The notes under the pieces were generated by a model. It had not been told where the DNA came from and searched no databases. It saw nothing but the letters and a program-made list of their open reading frames with translations. A stretch of 62,907 nucleotides of DNA, the filler included, from Octopus bimaculoides (lineage: Eukaryota), in assembly GCF_001194135.2 (NCBI RefSeq). It is 6 parts of 6 records of this genome, joined end to end, with 100 filler letters (N's around TTAATTAATTAA, not from the genome) between each part and the next. Parts side by side here need not be neighbours in the genome. Positions count along the whole stretch, not along the records: positions 10,895 to 42,625 come from NC_068991.1; 5 more parts are not named here. The stretch is one strand, 5' to 3'. Below, piece after piece: positions 24,860-39,073 of this stretch. The position numbers and the translations under genes are program-made. Each line of letters opens with the position of its first letter. The first letter of the stretch is position 1.

Positions 24860-25078
24860 TATGAGGGGATGCTGAAAAGGTCCTGGCTGTAAGGGAATCA
24901 CGAAATGCTTGGTTGGGGGCCCAACCTTCTGAGTTCTTTTACATGGCTAAGAAAAACTGAAGGACTGCTGCAATAAGTGTGTGAATCTGAGAGGGAAACA
25001 TGTTGAATAAAATTATAATCAACTGATTCTGTTTTTGTTTTACTCAAAGCCAGGAACATATCAGCACCCTTTTTGGTA
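24860..25078 (+). mobile_element. Mariner-derived MITE, copy 3
   Basis: Same TIRs and internal sequence as copy 2. Confidence 0.85.
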
Positions 25079-25412
25079 TGTCTGTGTACATACACTCATA
25101 TACACATATTCATGTGTATATATAAGTATTCTTTAATCCATCAACTGGATGCTGACTGGTGTACATGTTTTTTACATTTCTTTTTGACCTCAGTGGTTCA
25201 GCACATTTGGTTTTAAACAGAGCAAATAATTTACAGTGATAACGATCTTGATGGAAGTGTAATTATACATTCCAATGTGATTCCAGAATGAGGCAAACAG
25301 TCATGTGCTTTACTTAAAGGATTTGCATGATCTCATGACAGTAGTCCAGTAATCTGTCTTCTCAATTACTTAAACTGTATAGCATTATTCAAATATATTA
25401 TAAACGTATACT

Positions 25413-25454
<42 letters not shown>

Positions 25455-25496
25455 TACTGACACATATGTGCTTATATACATATATATATACATGTC

Positions 25497-25635
25497 ATCA
25501 TCATCATCATCATCCTTTAATGACCTTTTTCCATGCTGGCATGGATTGAATGGTTTGACCAGAGCTGACAAACTGGAGAGCTGCATCAGGTTCCAGTCTC
25601 ATTTGGCTTGGCTTCTACAGCTGGATGCCCTTCCT
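25497..25635 (-). mobile_element. RTE 3'-tail fragment with (GAT)n tail
   Basis: Matches the 3' end of the RTE at 26222. Confidence 0.75.
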
Positions 25636-25735
25636 GAATACTTGTACATTTGACTGCTCTATACATCTTGTACATCTGACTGCTCTATACTCTGCCAACA
25701 CTTCATTCTGAAACATGCATATATTGAGTTCTACA

Positions 25736-26194
25736 TCAGATTAACTGTTCTGCAAGCTCCCTAGTGGTAACGGTTGGGTTCACTGAAACAAGAGCTTCCG
25801 ACATTTTGGAATCAAGTTTTTTTGGACGACCTTCTTTTGGCTCTTCTTTCAAAGTGAAATCAGCACTTTGGAAATGGGAAAACCACCTCCTGCAACTTCT
25901 TTCATTCACTACATCATTCCCATAAGTGCTCTGAATAGATCTTGTTGCTGCACTTGCATTAACACCTTTATTACACTCGTAAAATGAAACATTTCTTATG
26001 TGATCTTTAGATGGGACAAACATGGTGGTAAAATTTTCTGAGAATTATGGCCAGAACTTAGATAATCTGAAAGAAAAAAGTACAAATTAGACACGGAGAT
26101 ATCTTAAAACTATAAGAAGAGGTTAAAAAATTGGTAAATTCTCTCTGAAACATTTTTTCTAGAAATCAGACATTACTTTTGCACCAAGCTGATA
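25736..26194 (-). mobile_element. 5' end of a cecropia-type mariner: TIR plus N-terminal HTH ORF remnant (25736-26023)
   Basis: TIR TATCAGCTTGGTGCAAAAGTAATGTCTGATTT resembles Hsmar1 TTAGGTTGGTGCAAAAGTAATTGCGG. Translation includes HIRNVSFYE..RSCRRWFSHF..GRP..TTRELAEQL. Confidence 0.85.
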
Positions 26195-26221
26195 TATATA
26201 TATACATATATATATATAGAT

Positions 26222-26960
26222 CATCATCATCATCATTGTCATTTAACGTCTGCTTTCCATGCTGGCATGGGTTGGATGGTTTGACTGAGGGCTGGCAAGC
26301 CTGAAGGCTGCACCAGGCTCCAATCTGAAATGACAAGGTTTCTACAGCTGGATGCCCTTCCTAACACCAACCACTTCAAGAGTGTAGTGGGTGCTTTTTA
26401 TGTGCCACCAGCACAGGATCAGTCAGGCAGCACTGGCATTGACCATGCTTGAATGGTGCTTTTTATGTGCCACCGGCACAGGTGCCTCTCAGGCAGTGCT
26501 GGCATTGGCCACAACAATGACTTCACTTGACTCAACAGGTCTTTGCAAGCACAGTTTATTGCCCAATGATTGAAGGGTACTCTTAAATGGACTGGTTATG
26601 CTGCACTAGCATAGGCCACGGTTACAGTCTCACTCGAAGGTTGTGCTTCACCATCTCATCCCAGGTCTTCCTGGGTCTACCTCTTCCACAGGTTCCCTCT
26701 ACTGCTAGGGTGTGACACTTTTTCACACAGCTGTCCTCATCCATATGTAACACATGACCATACTAGCATAGTTGTCTCTCTTGCACACCACATCTGATAT
26801 TTCTTGTGTCCAACTTTTCTCTCTGGGTGCTTACACTCAGTTGTGTATGCACACTGACATCACACATCCAGCAGAGCATACTAGCTTCATTTCTTGCAAA
26901 CTTACGCAAGTCCTCAGCAGTCATGGCCCATGTTTCTCTGCAATATAGCATGGGTGTTCA
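26222..26960 (-). mobile_element. RTE-clade LINE, 5'-truncated: C-terminal ORF remnant, 3'UTR and (GAT)n tail
   Basis: MLYCRETWAMT..EASMLCWMC..WYGHV..GRGRPRKTWDE. Confidence 0.88.
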
Positions 26961-26970
26961 CACACATGCA

Positions 26971-27013
<43 letters not shown>

Positions 27014-28617
27014 NNNNNNNNNNNNNNNNNNNNNNNNNNNNNNNNNNNNNNNNNNNNNNNNNNNNNNNNNNNNNNNNNNNNNNNNNNNNNNNNNNNNNNN
27101 NNNNNNNNNNNNNNNNNNNNNNNNNNNNNNNNNNNNNNNNNNNNNNNNNNNNNNNNNNNNNNNNNNNNNNNNNNNNNNNNNNNNNNNNNNNNNNNNNNNN
27201 NNNNNNNNNNNNNNNNNNNNNNNNNNNNNNNNNNNNNNNNNNNNNNNNNNNNNNNNNNNNNNNNNNNNNNNNNNNNNNNNNNNNNNNNNNNNNNNNNNNN
27301 NNNNNNNNNNNNNNNNNNNNNNNNNNNNNNNNNNNNNNNNNNNNNNNNNNNNNNNNNNNNNNNNNNNNNNNNNNNNNNNNNNNNNNNNNNNNNNNNNNNN
27401 NNNNNNNNNNNNNNNNNNNNNNNNNNNNNNNNNNNNNNNNNNNNNNNNNNNNNNNNNNNNNNNNNNNNNNNNNNNNNNNNNNNNNNNNNNNNNNNNNNNN
27501 NNNNNNNNNNNNNNNNNNNNNNNNNNNNNNNNNNNNNNNNNNNNNNNNNNNNNNNNNNNNNNNNNNNNNNNNNNNNNNNNNNNNNNNNNNNNNNNNNNNN
27601 NNNNNNNNNNNNNNNNNNNNNNNNNNNNNNNNNNNNNNNNNNNNNNNNNNNNNNNNNNNNNNNNNNNNNNNNNNNNNNNNNNNNNNNNNNNNNNNNNNNN
27701 NNNNNNNNNNNNNNNNNNNNNNNNNNNNNNNNNNNNNNNNNNNNNNNNNNNNNNNNNNNNNNNNNNNNNNNNNNNNNNNNNNNNNNNNNNNNNNNNNNNN
27801 NNNNNNNNNNNNNNNNNNNNNNNNNNNNNNNNNNNNNNNNNNNNNNNNNNNNNNNNTATATATATATATATATATATATTTATTTATTTATTTATGGGTT
27901 TCAGCCAAGTGGCTGTGGTCATGCTGGAGCACCACTGTGACTTTTCGTCTTTATGCTGTGCTCTCTTCACGTTCCTTGCATATATATATATATACACTAT
28001 CATATATATAGTAATTTAGGTGTGTATACAGTCTATACAGTCTATACAGTATATATGACCTGAACAGTCAATGAACTGAGTACTCGTGTCTGATACTTCA
28101 AAGTAGATCTCTCCACCCACACAGCAAGCTGAAAGCTCTAAAACCTAATTATATGAAGCCGCATAATTTTCTTTACACACCGATGCCATTTACACTTACA
28201 ATAAATTAGGAATACTTCAGTTATAATCCTCACTTTGCTGTCTTGATATCTGTCACTGATACATTGAGCATTACTTATAAATGCTAGGGTAGACTGGTTT
28301 GTATTTATTGCATTGTCCTACATCAACTACAGCCAAGAAGATCTTTCATCTAAAGCATTCCAGTCTTGACCATCCCATTAATTTTTTGCAGATATAATGT
28401 ATCTTAGTCTAGAGTACTCTATGTGTTCTTTTTATTAAGAAAATGTGGTGTTTTATTTGAGGGAGTTTTTGGCTGTTATTTGTAGCAGGTCAGGCAATCA
28501 TATAGAAGGTCCCTCACTTGTTCTTCTGCTTTATAGTAAAAAAGGAATTGTTTGCTATCACTGATATTTCTAGCTTCATTAGTAAGGTTACTTCGAGTAT
28601 GCCTGCTTATATACATC

Positions 28618-28673
<56 letters not shown>

Positions 28674-28718
28674 GCACATTAACAGTCCACCTAGTGGTCT
28701 TCTTTATATATACATATT

Positions 28719-28755
<37 letters not shown>

Positions 28756-28775
28756 ACACACACACATATATATAC

Positions 28776-28808
<33 letters not shown>

Positions 28809-31800
28809 CATATAAACATATATATATANNNNNNNNNNNNNNNNNNNNNNNNNNNNNNNNNNNNNNNNNNNNNNNNNNNNNNNNNNNNNNNNNNNNNNNN
28901 NNNNNNNNNNNNNNNNNNNNNNNNNNNNNNNNNNNNNNNNNNNNNATATGCACACACCTACATACATTTATATTGCATACATATACATATACTCACACAC
29001 ATGTGCATACACACACACACAAGCATAAACACACACACACACACACATATAATATATGCATAATATGTAATGTATGCATACAAATATAGCTATATATTAT
29101 ATATATTTTATTTGTATATTATTTATTATATCAAAGCCACCATTATCATCCGTTCTTTTCCCTTCGCTGCGTGGGTTGGATGGGTTGCATGGTCTACTAC
29201 TCAGCATCCATCTATGCATCTCGTTCCTGTGTAAACTCATTCATGAGAACGAACGCACTTAGATTTGACCTATCTGATTTTTGGCAAGTTCTCCTCGATA
29301 CACCTTTGTCAAAGGTACATTCCTCAACTAACTCATGGCACCTTTTCACCCGGCATAAATTGCATTGATTATTCCATGTGATGGAAACGGATGACACGAA
29401 TGAGTAAATTTTTTCTGAGTGGGTTGCAGCTAACAGCCAATGTAGACGTAGAAAACACTAGATCTGTAATGAAGTGGCCACAACAGATGCAAAAATTATA
29501 AGGACATGAACAAATTTAGGAAGAGAAAACACTGCCGATCAGTCAAACACACATGCCAACACTGAAAGAAAAGATAACAAGATTATACAAAACTGGGGTG
29601 ATTATAACAATAATGATATTGCTTGTGTACTTGTGTATGTGTGTGTTTTCAGTCTGTGTAGCTGAAGTATCATTCCGTGTGTTGAATTTTCATCTGTGTA
29701 TTGTGTGCGTCTTTAGTCACAAAATAAGAATAAAATGGTTATATATTGTTGCATGGCTGATGTAGGCTATCAACCTGTAGAAAGGCATTCTGAGGAACTC
29801 ATTGTATTTTGAAGGAGACTGCTAGCTGTTTCTATTAACATGCAACCTTTACTAAACATAATACTGAATGTTAAATTTATTTGATATTACATCAAATGTT
29901 CATTTGTGGTTGTTACAAATCTAACACTATTTTGCAACTAGTACTACTATATTACTAAAAAAACTGACTGTCACATTATATTGCTAAATTATCCAATCAG
30001 TATAAAACAGAACTACATTTTGACTCACTGTTACTGACTGCTACTGCATAAGCAATACTAGATAATTTTAAAGGTAGCTCAGTAGTATGGGAGGGGAACA
30101 CAACTTCTATTTATTACTACTGTAACAACCACCATCCAAGTCGTTACTGATGCAGCTACTGCAGCTGTCTTTATTGCTGCTACTAGGATTAGCAATGCTA
30201 GAGAGCTGCTGTAGATTCAAATGAATAAACATGCAAACATATATTCTGAATAGTGGAAGAATCACTGAGTTGCACTTCTTAATGGTATCAATGAAGCAAT
30301 GTATTTTCACTAAAAATTTGAGTTCTTGTTTAAGTGATAAAAATTTACAATGGCTACATACAATATATCATTGATAAAATGCATGGGAAATTTGAAATTA
30401 ATGAGATAGCTTTTATTTGTAACAAATACTTTCTCGTTCAACCTTTGAAGTGGGGATTAGGGTAAGATATCTTATATTTCAATATTATACATATATAAAA
30501 AAAAAATGAGTTCCTTAAGTTAGATTAAATAGTTATTTGTTTTATTGCTTTGGTATCCTTGAAGCATTTCATCTTTTCTTCAACTACAGAAACCTTTGTT
30601 AATGACATCACTACAATGTTGTCCTGATACATATCAGCAGAACATCAAATAAGAATTTGTCCTTGGAAAATGCTAAACATACAATTAAGATTACTTTATT
30701 CTCTAATTTCTGCTTCTATTCAGCTGCTGCAATTTCTTTCTTTCTTCTCTATCTTACCTGTCTTTCAATCCATTTTGCTCAATAGCTTATATAAATATTA
30801 AAAAAAAAAAAAAAGTATTTATCAAGAGTTTTATTTTTCTAATGATAATGATATTTTTCTCAACAGGAAAAGATCAATGCTAACTTCCAAAATATCTTGA
30901 CAGAAATACAGATAATGTTTACATATACAGATTTCCTACCAAATTCTCAGTACGTCTTTCTCTTTTTTTTCACCCATTAATGTCCCCCACCCCTGCTGCT
31001 CTTCCAACCTTATCCTTTGTTTCATTTCCCAAACTCTCCACCCTCCATCTTTATATAACCACCTGATACAGACAAAATTAATGTATATGCAAAACATTGT
31101 GAATTTATCATATTTAAGCATAATCACGTCGTATCAATTTCTTCGTTTGTTAAGTTTTTACGACAAGTTCTAGCTTTAAAAACAGAAACAAGCAAAAAAA
31201 AAATAAATAAAATAAAAAAAAAACTCTCATGTTTTAGTGCTTCTCTTGAGAAACAATTATCTTACATGGGGATTACAATATCTCTGTGAAACTTTGACTG
31301 AAGTTCCACAAAAAGTAAATGCAGGAAGGGATAGATATATTTACAAATACCAGTAGGAACCTGTCTTAAAATTATAACGAAGGATGATCCATATCAGTGA
31401 TATCTAAAGAAAGATGTTATAACACAAGTGAATGAGTAATATTAATGGATTTTAATATTTTTGATAAGTCATAGTTTAGAGGTTTATAATTGATGAAAAC
31501 GTTTTAGAATCAGCACGGAAGAATATTGAAAACTAAATATTAGTGACGATTTTTGTTGCAATTGAGAAATATACAACATTATTATTGATGATATTAAATA
31601 AATTAAGAGTCTTACTTTTATAATTGGTCTGGAATGGAAAAGTAAGACATACCGCTCGTTTTATTAAACTGTGTGAGAGACTTAAATGCTTGCAATGAGT
31701 AAATAATAATACTCCTAAATCCATTCTGTCTTCGATATAGACTGTGAGAAAGTCTCTACAATCAGTTTCCTTGGCACTCAGTTATTACCACAATGATGAT

Positions 31801-33275
31801 GATGATGATGAAAACCAGCAGTATTATTTAGATAAAAGGACAATAGATTGTAGAATTGATAGAGTGATGGGCAAAATGCCTGGTATTATTTAGTTACATC
31901 CTTAAACATTGTGAATTATAATCTTGCTGGAGTCAATTTTGCCTTTCAATTTTCTGGGTGGATAAAATAAATATTAGTCAAGAATTAAGGCAATGACAGC
32001 AAACCTTCTATGCCTGGCATGTTTACTTAGGTACCACTTACTTGTTTGCATATAGTTTAGTTTTAGGTAAACATTTATGATAAACTTTTTATAACACAAT
32101 ACTACAGAGGGATTTTCACTTTACAAAGACCATAATGTCTCAATTAAAAACCTTTAGCATGTCACTGTCGACATGCAACGACAGAGGTTTGCCATCACAG
32201 AACTAGGGCCACCAGTAATACTTTTCTTAGAAATGTAGGGTTTTGTGCATGTTTTTTTAGAAATCAATATTCCACAGGTAGCAATGAGTTCTGAATGTAC
32301 CTGTTTATATTTAATTAGTTCCAGCACAGGTAATTTCTTAATACAGTTTATTTTTCACAAATAAAATGAATAAAAAAGCCACACAAGAATCAATGGAGGA
32401 TAATTGTTTCATTATGGAACCTAACGAGATATTGTTTACTCGCAGTGTTCTCTTAAGGTATGGGGACACAGGGTAGTTACTCAGAGGATCCCTTGGGTCT
32501 GGGGGCCCAATAGTTATCTATATATGCTGTTATTTGCTGTCAACAAATAAATACTATAGGCCCCAGTGCAATGTTTTACCTGCTGTTGGTGTTGGTAGGG
32601 ATTTAAAAAGCTGTCAAGACAGCTCTGGTTACTATCTAAGCCTCATTAATTTTGTGTATGTGGACTTTGATAGACAATTTATTTACACAGCAATGCTTTT
32701 AATGGCTTCAGTAGTGTGATCCAGAAGAAAGCATTACATAGCTAATGTTTGAATTCAACAGAGTTGCTGTGAGCATAAAATAGAATTATTTGCGCCCTCC
32801 CCAACACCTCATGAATATAAAGCGAGATTCAAAATGCAGTTTCTTAGCTTTCCATAAATAATGTACATAATTAACTCATTCAGACTTTCGTTATCCACTC
32901 CACTCTCACATACACAGACGTCTATAGATGCATACACACACATGCATGCACACGTGCACACACACATACACACACATGTCTCTAAGTACATTTTCGTATA
33001 TGCAAACATTTACATGCATGTACAAGCATGTATGTGTTTATCTGTGTGTATATTTGTATGTGTATATATATAGAATCATGTACAATGCGCACACATATAT
33101 GTGCATGCATGTATACATGCATGTATCTATATATGTATGTATGTCTGTATATATGCATGTATGTGTGTAGGAATGTATGTATGTATGTGTGTATGCATGT
33201 ATGTATATACGTATATATGAGTGTATGTATGCTTGTGTCTGTATATATATGTATGTATACACACACTCATATATA

Positions 33276-33306
<31 letters not shown>

Positions 33307-33389
33307 GTAGAAGGAGAGAGACATATACAGATATGTGTATACATGTCTGAGACTAAAGGGAGAGAGACAGAGAGAATGAGAGAGAAGTG

Positions 33390-33451
<62 letters not shown>

Positions 33452-33822
33452 CAATTGGTGTACGTGTTGCAAATGGATAGAAAGAGGGGCAGGAGAAGGT
33501 AAATCAAAAGCAGAGAAGAAGAAAGAACACAGACAGAATTAATGAGGTGCAAATTTTGGTTCTGATTACTTTAGCATTGAGACATATTATTCTATGATAA
33601 GATCTCTAACATATACATTTCTTCTGTGATTCAGTATTTGTTCTAACAACCTTCCTTTTTTTCCTCACAAACCTTGCTCTCATTCTTCTGTCACTGCCAA
33701 TGTCACCCACCATTGCTAAGCGTGAATATTTTAGTGCATCACATGTTACCGACTCTTATGCTTCCTATTTGTGTAATTCGTGGTAATTCTTCCTTGTGAA
33801 CAGTCATTGAATATGTATGTGC

Positions 33823-33874
<52 letters not shown>

Positions 33875-34323
33875 NNNNNNNNNNNNNNNNNNNNNNNNNN
33901 NNNNNNNNNNNNNNNNNNNNNNNNNNNNNNNNNNNNNNNNNNNNNNNNNNNNNNNNNNNNNNNNNNNNNNNNNNNNNNNNNNNNNNNNNNNNNNNNNNNN
34001 NNNNNNNNNNNNNNNNNNNNNNNNNNNNNNNNNNNNNNNNNNNNNNNNNNNNNNNNNNNNNNNNNNNNNNNNNNNNNNNNNNNNNNNNNNNNNNNNNNNN
34101 NNNNNNNNNNNNNNNNNNNNNNNNNNNNNNNNNNNNNNNNNNNNNNNNNNNNNNNNNNNNNNNNNNNNNNNNNNNNNNNNNNNNNNNNNNNNNNNNNNNN
34201 NNNNNNNNNNNNNNNNNNNNNNNNNNNNNNNNNNNNNNNNNNNNNNNNNNNNNNNNNNNNNNNNNNNNNNNNNNNNNNNNNNNNNNNNNNNNNNNNNNNN
34301 NNNNNNNNNNNNNNNNNNNNNNN

Positions 34324-34386
<63 letters not shown>

Positions 34387-34801
34387 TACATATATATATG
34401 TATATGGGTGTGGGTGTGTGTGTGTGTTACATATATATTTGTGGATATATTAATGTTTGTTTTCATGTAAAGTCATTTATAAAAATTGCCAAACACTCAA
34501 CTGAAGGAGCACACAAATGCATTTCAAGAGACTAACATATACGTTATGCATTTACAAGGTAAAGGTTAACAGTTACTTTGAAATTTTGTCTATGTAAGCT
34601 TTCACTGGACTATGGTGTGTATGTATGTATGTATGTATGTATGTATGTATGTATGTATGTATGTATGTATGTATGTATGCATGCATGTATGTATGCATGT
34701 ACGTATATAGGTGATAGACTGAATCATGCACTTCATGATGAGAAAAGACAGAATGAATGTTATCAATACCTGCAACTATAGATTATATATATATACATAT
34801 A

Positions 34802-34898
<97 letters not shown>

Positions 34899-35175
34899 GT
34901 AAGGTTAGCTGAGTTAGAGATTAAAATAACCATCTAAGGGATAGAAATATCCATTACACTACCGGTATATTACCTATGTTTACTATGTTTAACCATGAGT
35001 ATACATATGCAAACATATTATGCTCATAAATTACAGGCAAAGACAAGGATAAACATGGGTTTATCAAGAATCAAAATTTAAAGAAAACATGATATAAGTC
35101 AATTGTTGTTCATCAATATTTCTCCACTTTCTGTTTTCTTTATATATACATACATATATATATATATATATACAT

Positions 35176-35226
<51 letters not shown>

Positions 35227-35339
35227 TGCACACATACATGTATGCACACACACACACACACACACACACCTATATGAATGCCTATCTAGATATGTCTAAA
35301 TATATAAATGTGTGTGTTCATATACACATATACATACAA

Positions 35340-35372
<33 letters not shown>

Positions 35373-36194
35373 TGTATGTATGTATGTATGTATCTGACAA
35401 CATTCCTCACCTGTCATCTGTAGCAACAAAAATATCACTGTGTGTATGACTGATAGGTTATTTTTGTTTTCTTTTTCCTTCCTACTGGTCTATGGGAGCC
35501 TGCAAAGGTCATGATTATTATATCTTCTCCTTTAGCAAACATATTTAAAAATACAAAGAAAAAAAAAGAAAGTACTATTATGTGCTGTAATTATAATCAA
35601 CATAATGGTAAAAACAGGAAAAGAAACAAATATCTTTAAGCACTGCAGCTCTTTAAATTATTACTAACAATAGTGAAACACTTTGGAAATAGGAATTCGA
35701 TATATAAAAATATAATTTTGTTACATTTTTTTTTTCTTTTGTACCAGTATTGATTTCTATAGGAATTGATGGAGAGAGAAACAACTCATAATATTAATAA
35801 TAATGATTGCCTCTAACTATTTTTTTAATATTTGAATAAAATCATTTCTAAAAGTAGTTTTTCTAACAATTCTAGCAATAATTCTAATAATACTTTTCAT
35901 GCTGCTACTACTACTACTACTACTACTTCCACTGCCGCTGCTGCCGCCGCCTCCATTACCACCACCATCACCGCCGCCGCTGCTACTGCCACCACCACCA
36001 CCACCACCTGGTACCTACTGGTACTTATTATAGTGATCCTGAAAGGACGACAAGCAAAGTTGATCTCAGCAGCACTTGAACCTAGAACCTAAACCCAGAA
36101 GAAATACTGCTAAGCAAACTGTTTGGCATGTTAATGATTCTGCCAGCTTCCCATCACCATAATAATAATAATAATAATAATAATAACGGTAACG

Positions 36195-36450
36195 ATAATG
36201 ATTTCAAATTTTGGCACATGGCCAGCAATTTTGAGGGCGTGGGGGGNNNNNNNNNNNNNNNNNNNNNNNNNNNNNNNNNNNNNNNNNNNNNNNNNNNNNN
36301 NNNNNNNNNNNNNNNNNNNNNNNNNCAATTGGTACTTATTTCATCAACCCCCTAAAGGATGAAGGAAAAATGTGTTCGGCGGCGGAATTTGAACTCAGAA
36401 CGTAAAGGTGGACAAAATGCTGTTAAGCATTTTACCCAGGGTGGTCACTG
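36195..36450 (-). mobile_element. SINE family B spanning a gap
   Basis: GGCGGAATTTGAACTCAGAACGTAAAG on the plus strand. Confidence 0.75.
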
Positions 36451-36452
36451 AT

Positions 36453-36485
<33 letters not shown>

Positions 36486-36578
36486 TACCACAAAGAGAGA
36501 ATGGTTTCTTTACACTTGGTTGGTAGTTCCCCTTAGAGTTGGTGTTTCAATAAAAGCACTGATGGTGGCCAACACCCA

Positions 36579-36653
36579 ACTAAGAAGCTGACTAAACTGA
36601 CTAAGAAGCTGACTAAACTGACTAAGAAGCTGACTAAACTGACTAAGAAGCTG
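36579..36653. repeat. 21-bp perfect tandem repeat, about 3.6 copies
   Basis: Unit ACTAAGAAGCTGACTAAACTG. Confidence 0.9.
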
Positions 36654-36850
36654 ATGGATACTGGAATTGAGATTGGTGTTGTTGACCAGCAGAAAAGTGC
36701 AATCCTGTTTTCTGCAAGAATCCAAAGAAAAGTTCTTGAAATTTGAGGAGAATTGCTGTTACCAAACCTCAGAACAACATCCTTGCTCACTAGTTTTTTT
36801 TTTTTTTCTGCTACAGATTCAGTAGCAGAAGTGTTAAGACTGATCTTTTG

Positions 36851-37375
36851 GGTGGTGTAAAGCACTCGTGACAGTGCCACATAAAAGCAACCATGTGACG
36901 CCGTGTAAAAGTGTCTGTGTAGTGCCATGTAAAAGTGCCCATGTGGTGTTAAGTACCCATGCAGCGTCACATAAAAGCGCCCATATGGTGTCGCATAAAT
37001 GTGCCTGTGTGGCACCATGAATAGCATCCATGTGGTGCATGTAAAAGCACCTGTGCAGTGCCATGCAAAAGAGCCTGTGTGGTGTCACATAAAAGCATCC
37101 ATGTGGTGTCATGTTAAGGCAGCCATGTGGTGCCACGTAAAAGCACTCATGTGGTGCTACGTAAAAGCACCCATGTGGTGCCACATAAAGGCACCTGGCA
37201 CACTCTGTAAAATGGTTGGTGTTAGGAAGGGCATCCAGTCATAGAAACCCTGCCAAATCAGACTGGAGTCTGGTGCAGCTCCCTAGGTTGCCAGCTTTGG
37301 TCAAACCATTCAACCCATGCCAGAATGGACAACAGACATTAAATGATAATGATGATGATGATGATGATGATGACA
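36851..37375 (+). mobile_element. RTE 3'-UTR-derived element with an expanded 24-bp degenerate array (about 14 units)
   Basis: Consensus ATGTGGTGCCACGTAAAAGCACCC, followed by GTTAGGAAGGGCATCCAG..(GAT)n. Confidence 0.8.
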
Positions 37376-37377
37376 CA

Positions 37378-37556
37378 AGGTCCAAAATTTTGTGGGAGGG
37401 AACTAGTCGATTACGTCAACCTCAGAGTTCAACTGGTACTTATTCTATTGACCCCGAAATGATGAAAGGTAAAAGTTAACCTTGGCAAAAGCAGGAAGAA
37501 ATGTCACTGAGCACTTTGTCTGGTGTGCTAACAATTCTGCTAGCTCACTGCTTCCT
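37378..37556 (-). mobile_element. SINE family B, diverged
   Basis: Shared ACTGGTACTTATT..GACCCCGAAA motif. Confidence 0.7.
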
Positions 37557-37585
37557 GCTAAACTAATATAGCTTGTAATAGTTAT

Positions 37586-37647
<62 letters not shown>

Positions 37648-37732
37648 AATCCTTTTTTATTGACCACAAGAGATCATGCATATAATACAAACATGTCAAT
37701 CATGTCATAGAAATGGATTTCAAAATACGTGG

Positions 37733-37772
<40 letters not shown>

Positions 37773-37989
37773 CTATACATGTATGTGTGTGTATTCTGAA
37801 TAAGATGCATTTTATGATGTCACAACAAGGATTGCTGTCTCCATTAGTTTTGTGTGTCCTGAATTTCATGTAACATTGGACAATTTATCCCTAATTTCTC
37901 TATCAACCAACTACAGACAAAATACCACTAAACATTTCGCCCAGCGTGCTAACGATTCTGCCAGCTCACTACCTTAATAACAATAATAA

Positions 37990-38035
<46 letters not shown>

Positions 38036-38504
38036 TCCTGATTTAACCAGAAGGTCATATATTTTTTTGTGAAGTAGTGGTATGGTCAGTATACCATTCC
38101 TCAGTATCTAACTGGTATTCATCTTACCATCATCCAGACTTAATCTGTTGTCTGGTTTAACGCTGCCAACTGGGCTCCGCAGAATCATCAGCAGAGTCCA
38201 CTTTGTTGCAAGTATTCTGGTTTATAGATACCTTCCGGTCTCTTTTCCTGCCAACTTCAGTGGCCCTGTGATAAAAAGGTAAAGGGCATAGCTTTCCCTA
38301 CTGACTAAAAGATAAAAAAAAAAGAAAGAAAATGGAAGGGTGAATGGTAAAAGTTGACCTCACTGAGATTTGAACCCAAGACATGATAAAGAAATATGAC
38401 TAAATATTTTATCAAGTGATCCTGAACGGATTAAAAGCAAAAGTCCATCCGATGAGATTTGAATTCCGGATATGCTTACGTCAAACTAAGTGAAATCATA
38501 ATTG

Positions 38505-38720
38505 TGGCCAGTGCCAGTGACACATAAAAAGCACGTGTGCCGATGGCACATAAACTGCACCCGGTACACTTTATGAAGTGGCTGGTGTTAGGAAGGGCAT
38601 CCAACCATAGAAACCAAAACAGACTGAAGCCTGGTGCAGCTCTCTGGCTAACCAGTTCTAGTCAAACCGTCTAACCTATGCCAACATGGAAAACAGACAC
38701 TAAATGATGATGATGATGAT
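38505..38720 (+). mobile_element. RTE 3'-tail fragment
   Basis: GTTAGGAAGGGCATCCAA..(GAT)n. Confidence 0.75.
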
Positions 38721-39073
38721 ATGCAAACAAAAAGCAAATAATTACTGCACAGCATTGATGCCAATGTACTGCTGTTTCTGACAACTTCGTTAAAATTATA
38801 GGATTTTGCGTTGCAGCAGTTATTTTCTTGATATTTTCGTTTTGTTATTAAAGAGATGCAAATATATTGAATTCATTACGCAATATAAATACATAGATTA
38901 TCTCAAGTAACTGACATGTTATATCATTATCATTGTTAATATTTATTATATCAATACTTTATATCATTAATATACAGTATCATCAAAGCAGCAAGCTGGC
39001 AGAATTGTTAGCGCACCAGGCAAAATGCTTAGAGGCATTTCATCTATCTTTGCATTCTGAGTTCAAATTCTGT

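Noticed and set aside
36851-37200. Regular 24-bp palindromic units resembling a CRISPR array
   Set aside because: Units are contiguous with no unique spacers, there are no cas genes, the context is eukaryotic, and they derive from an RTE 3'UTR motif.
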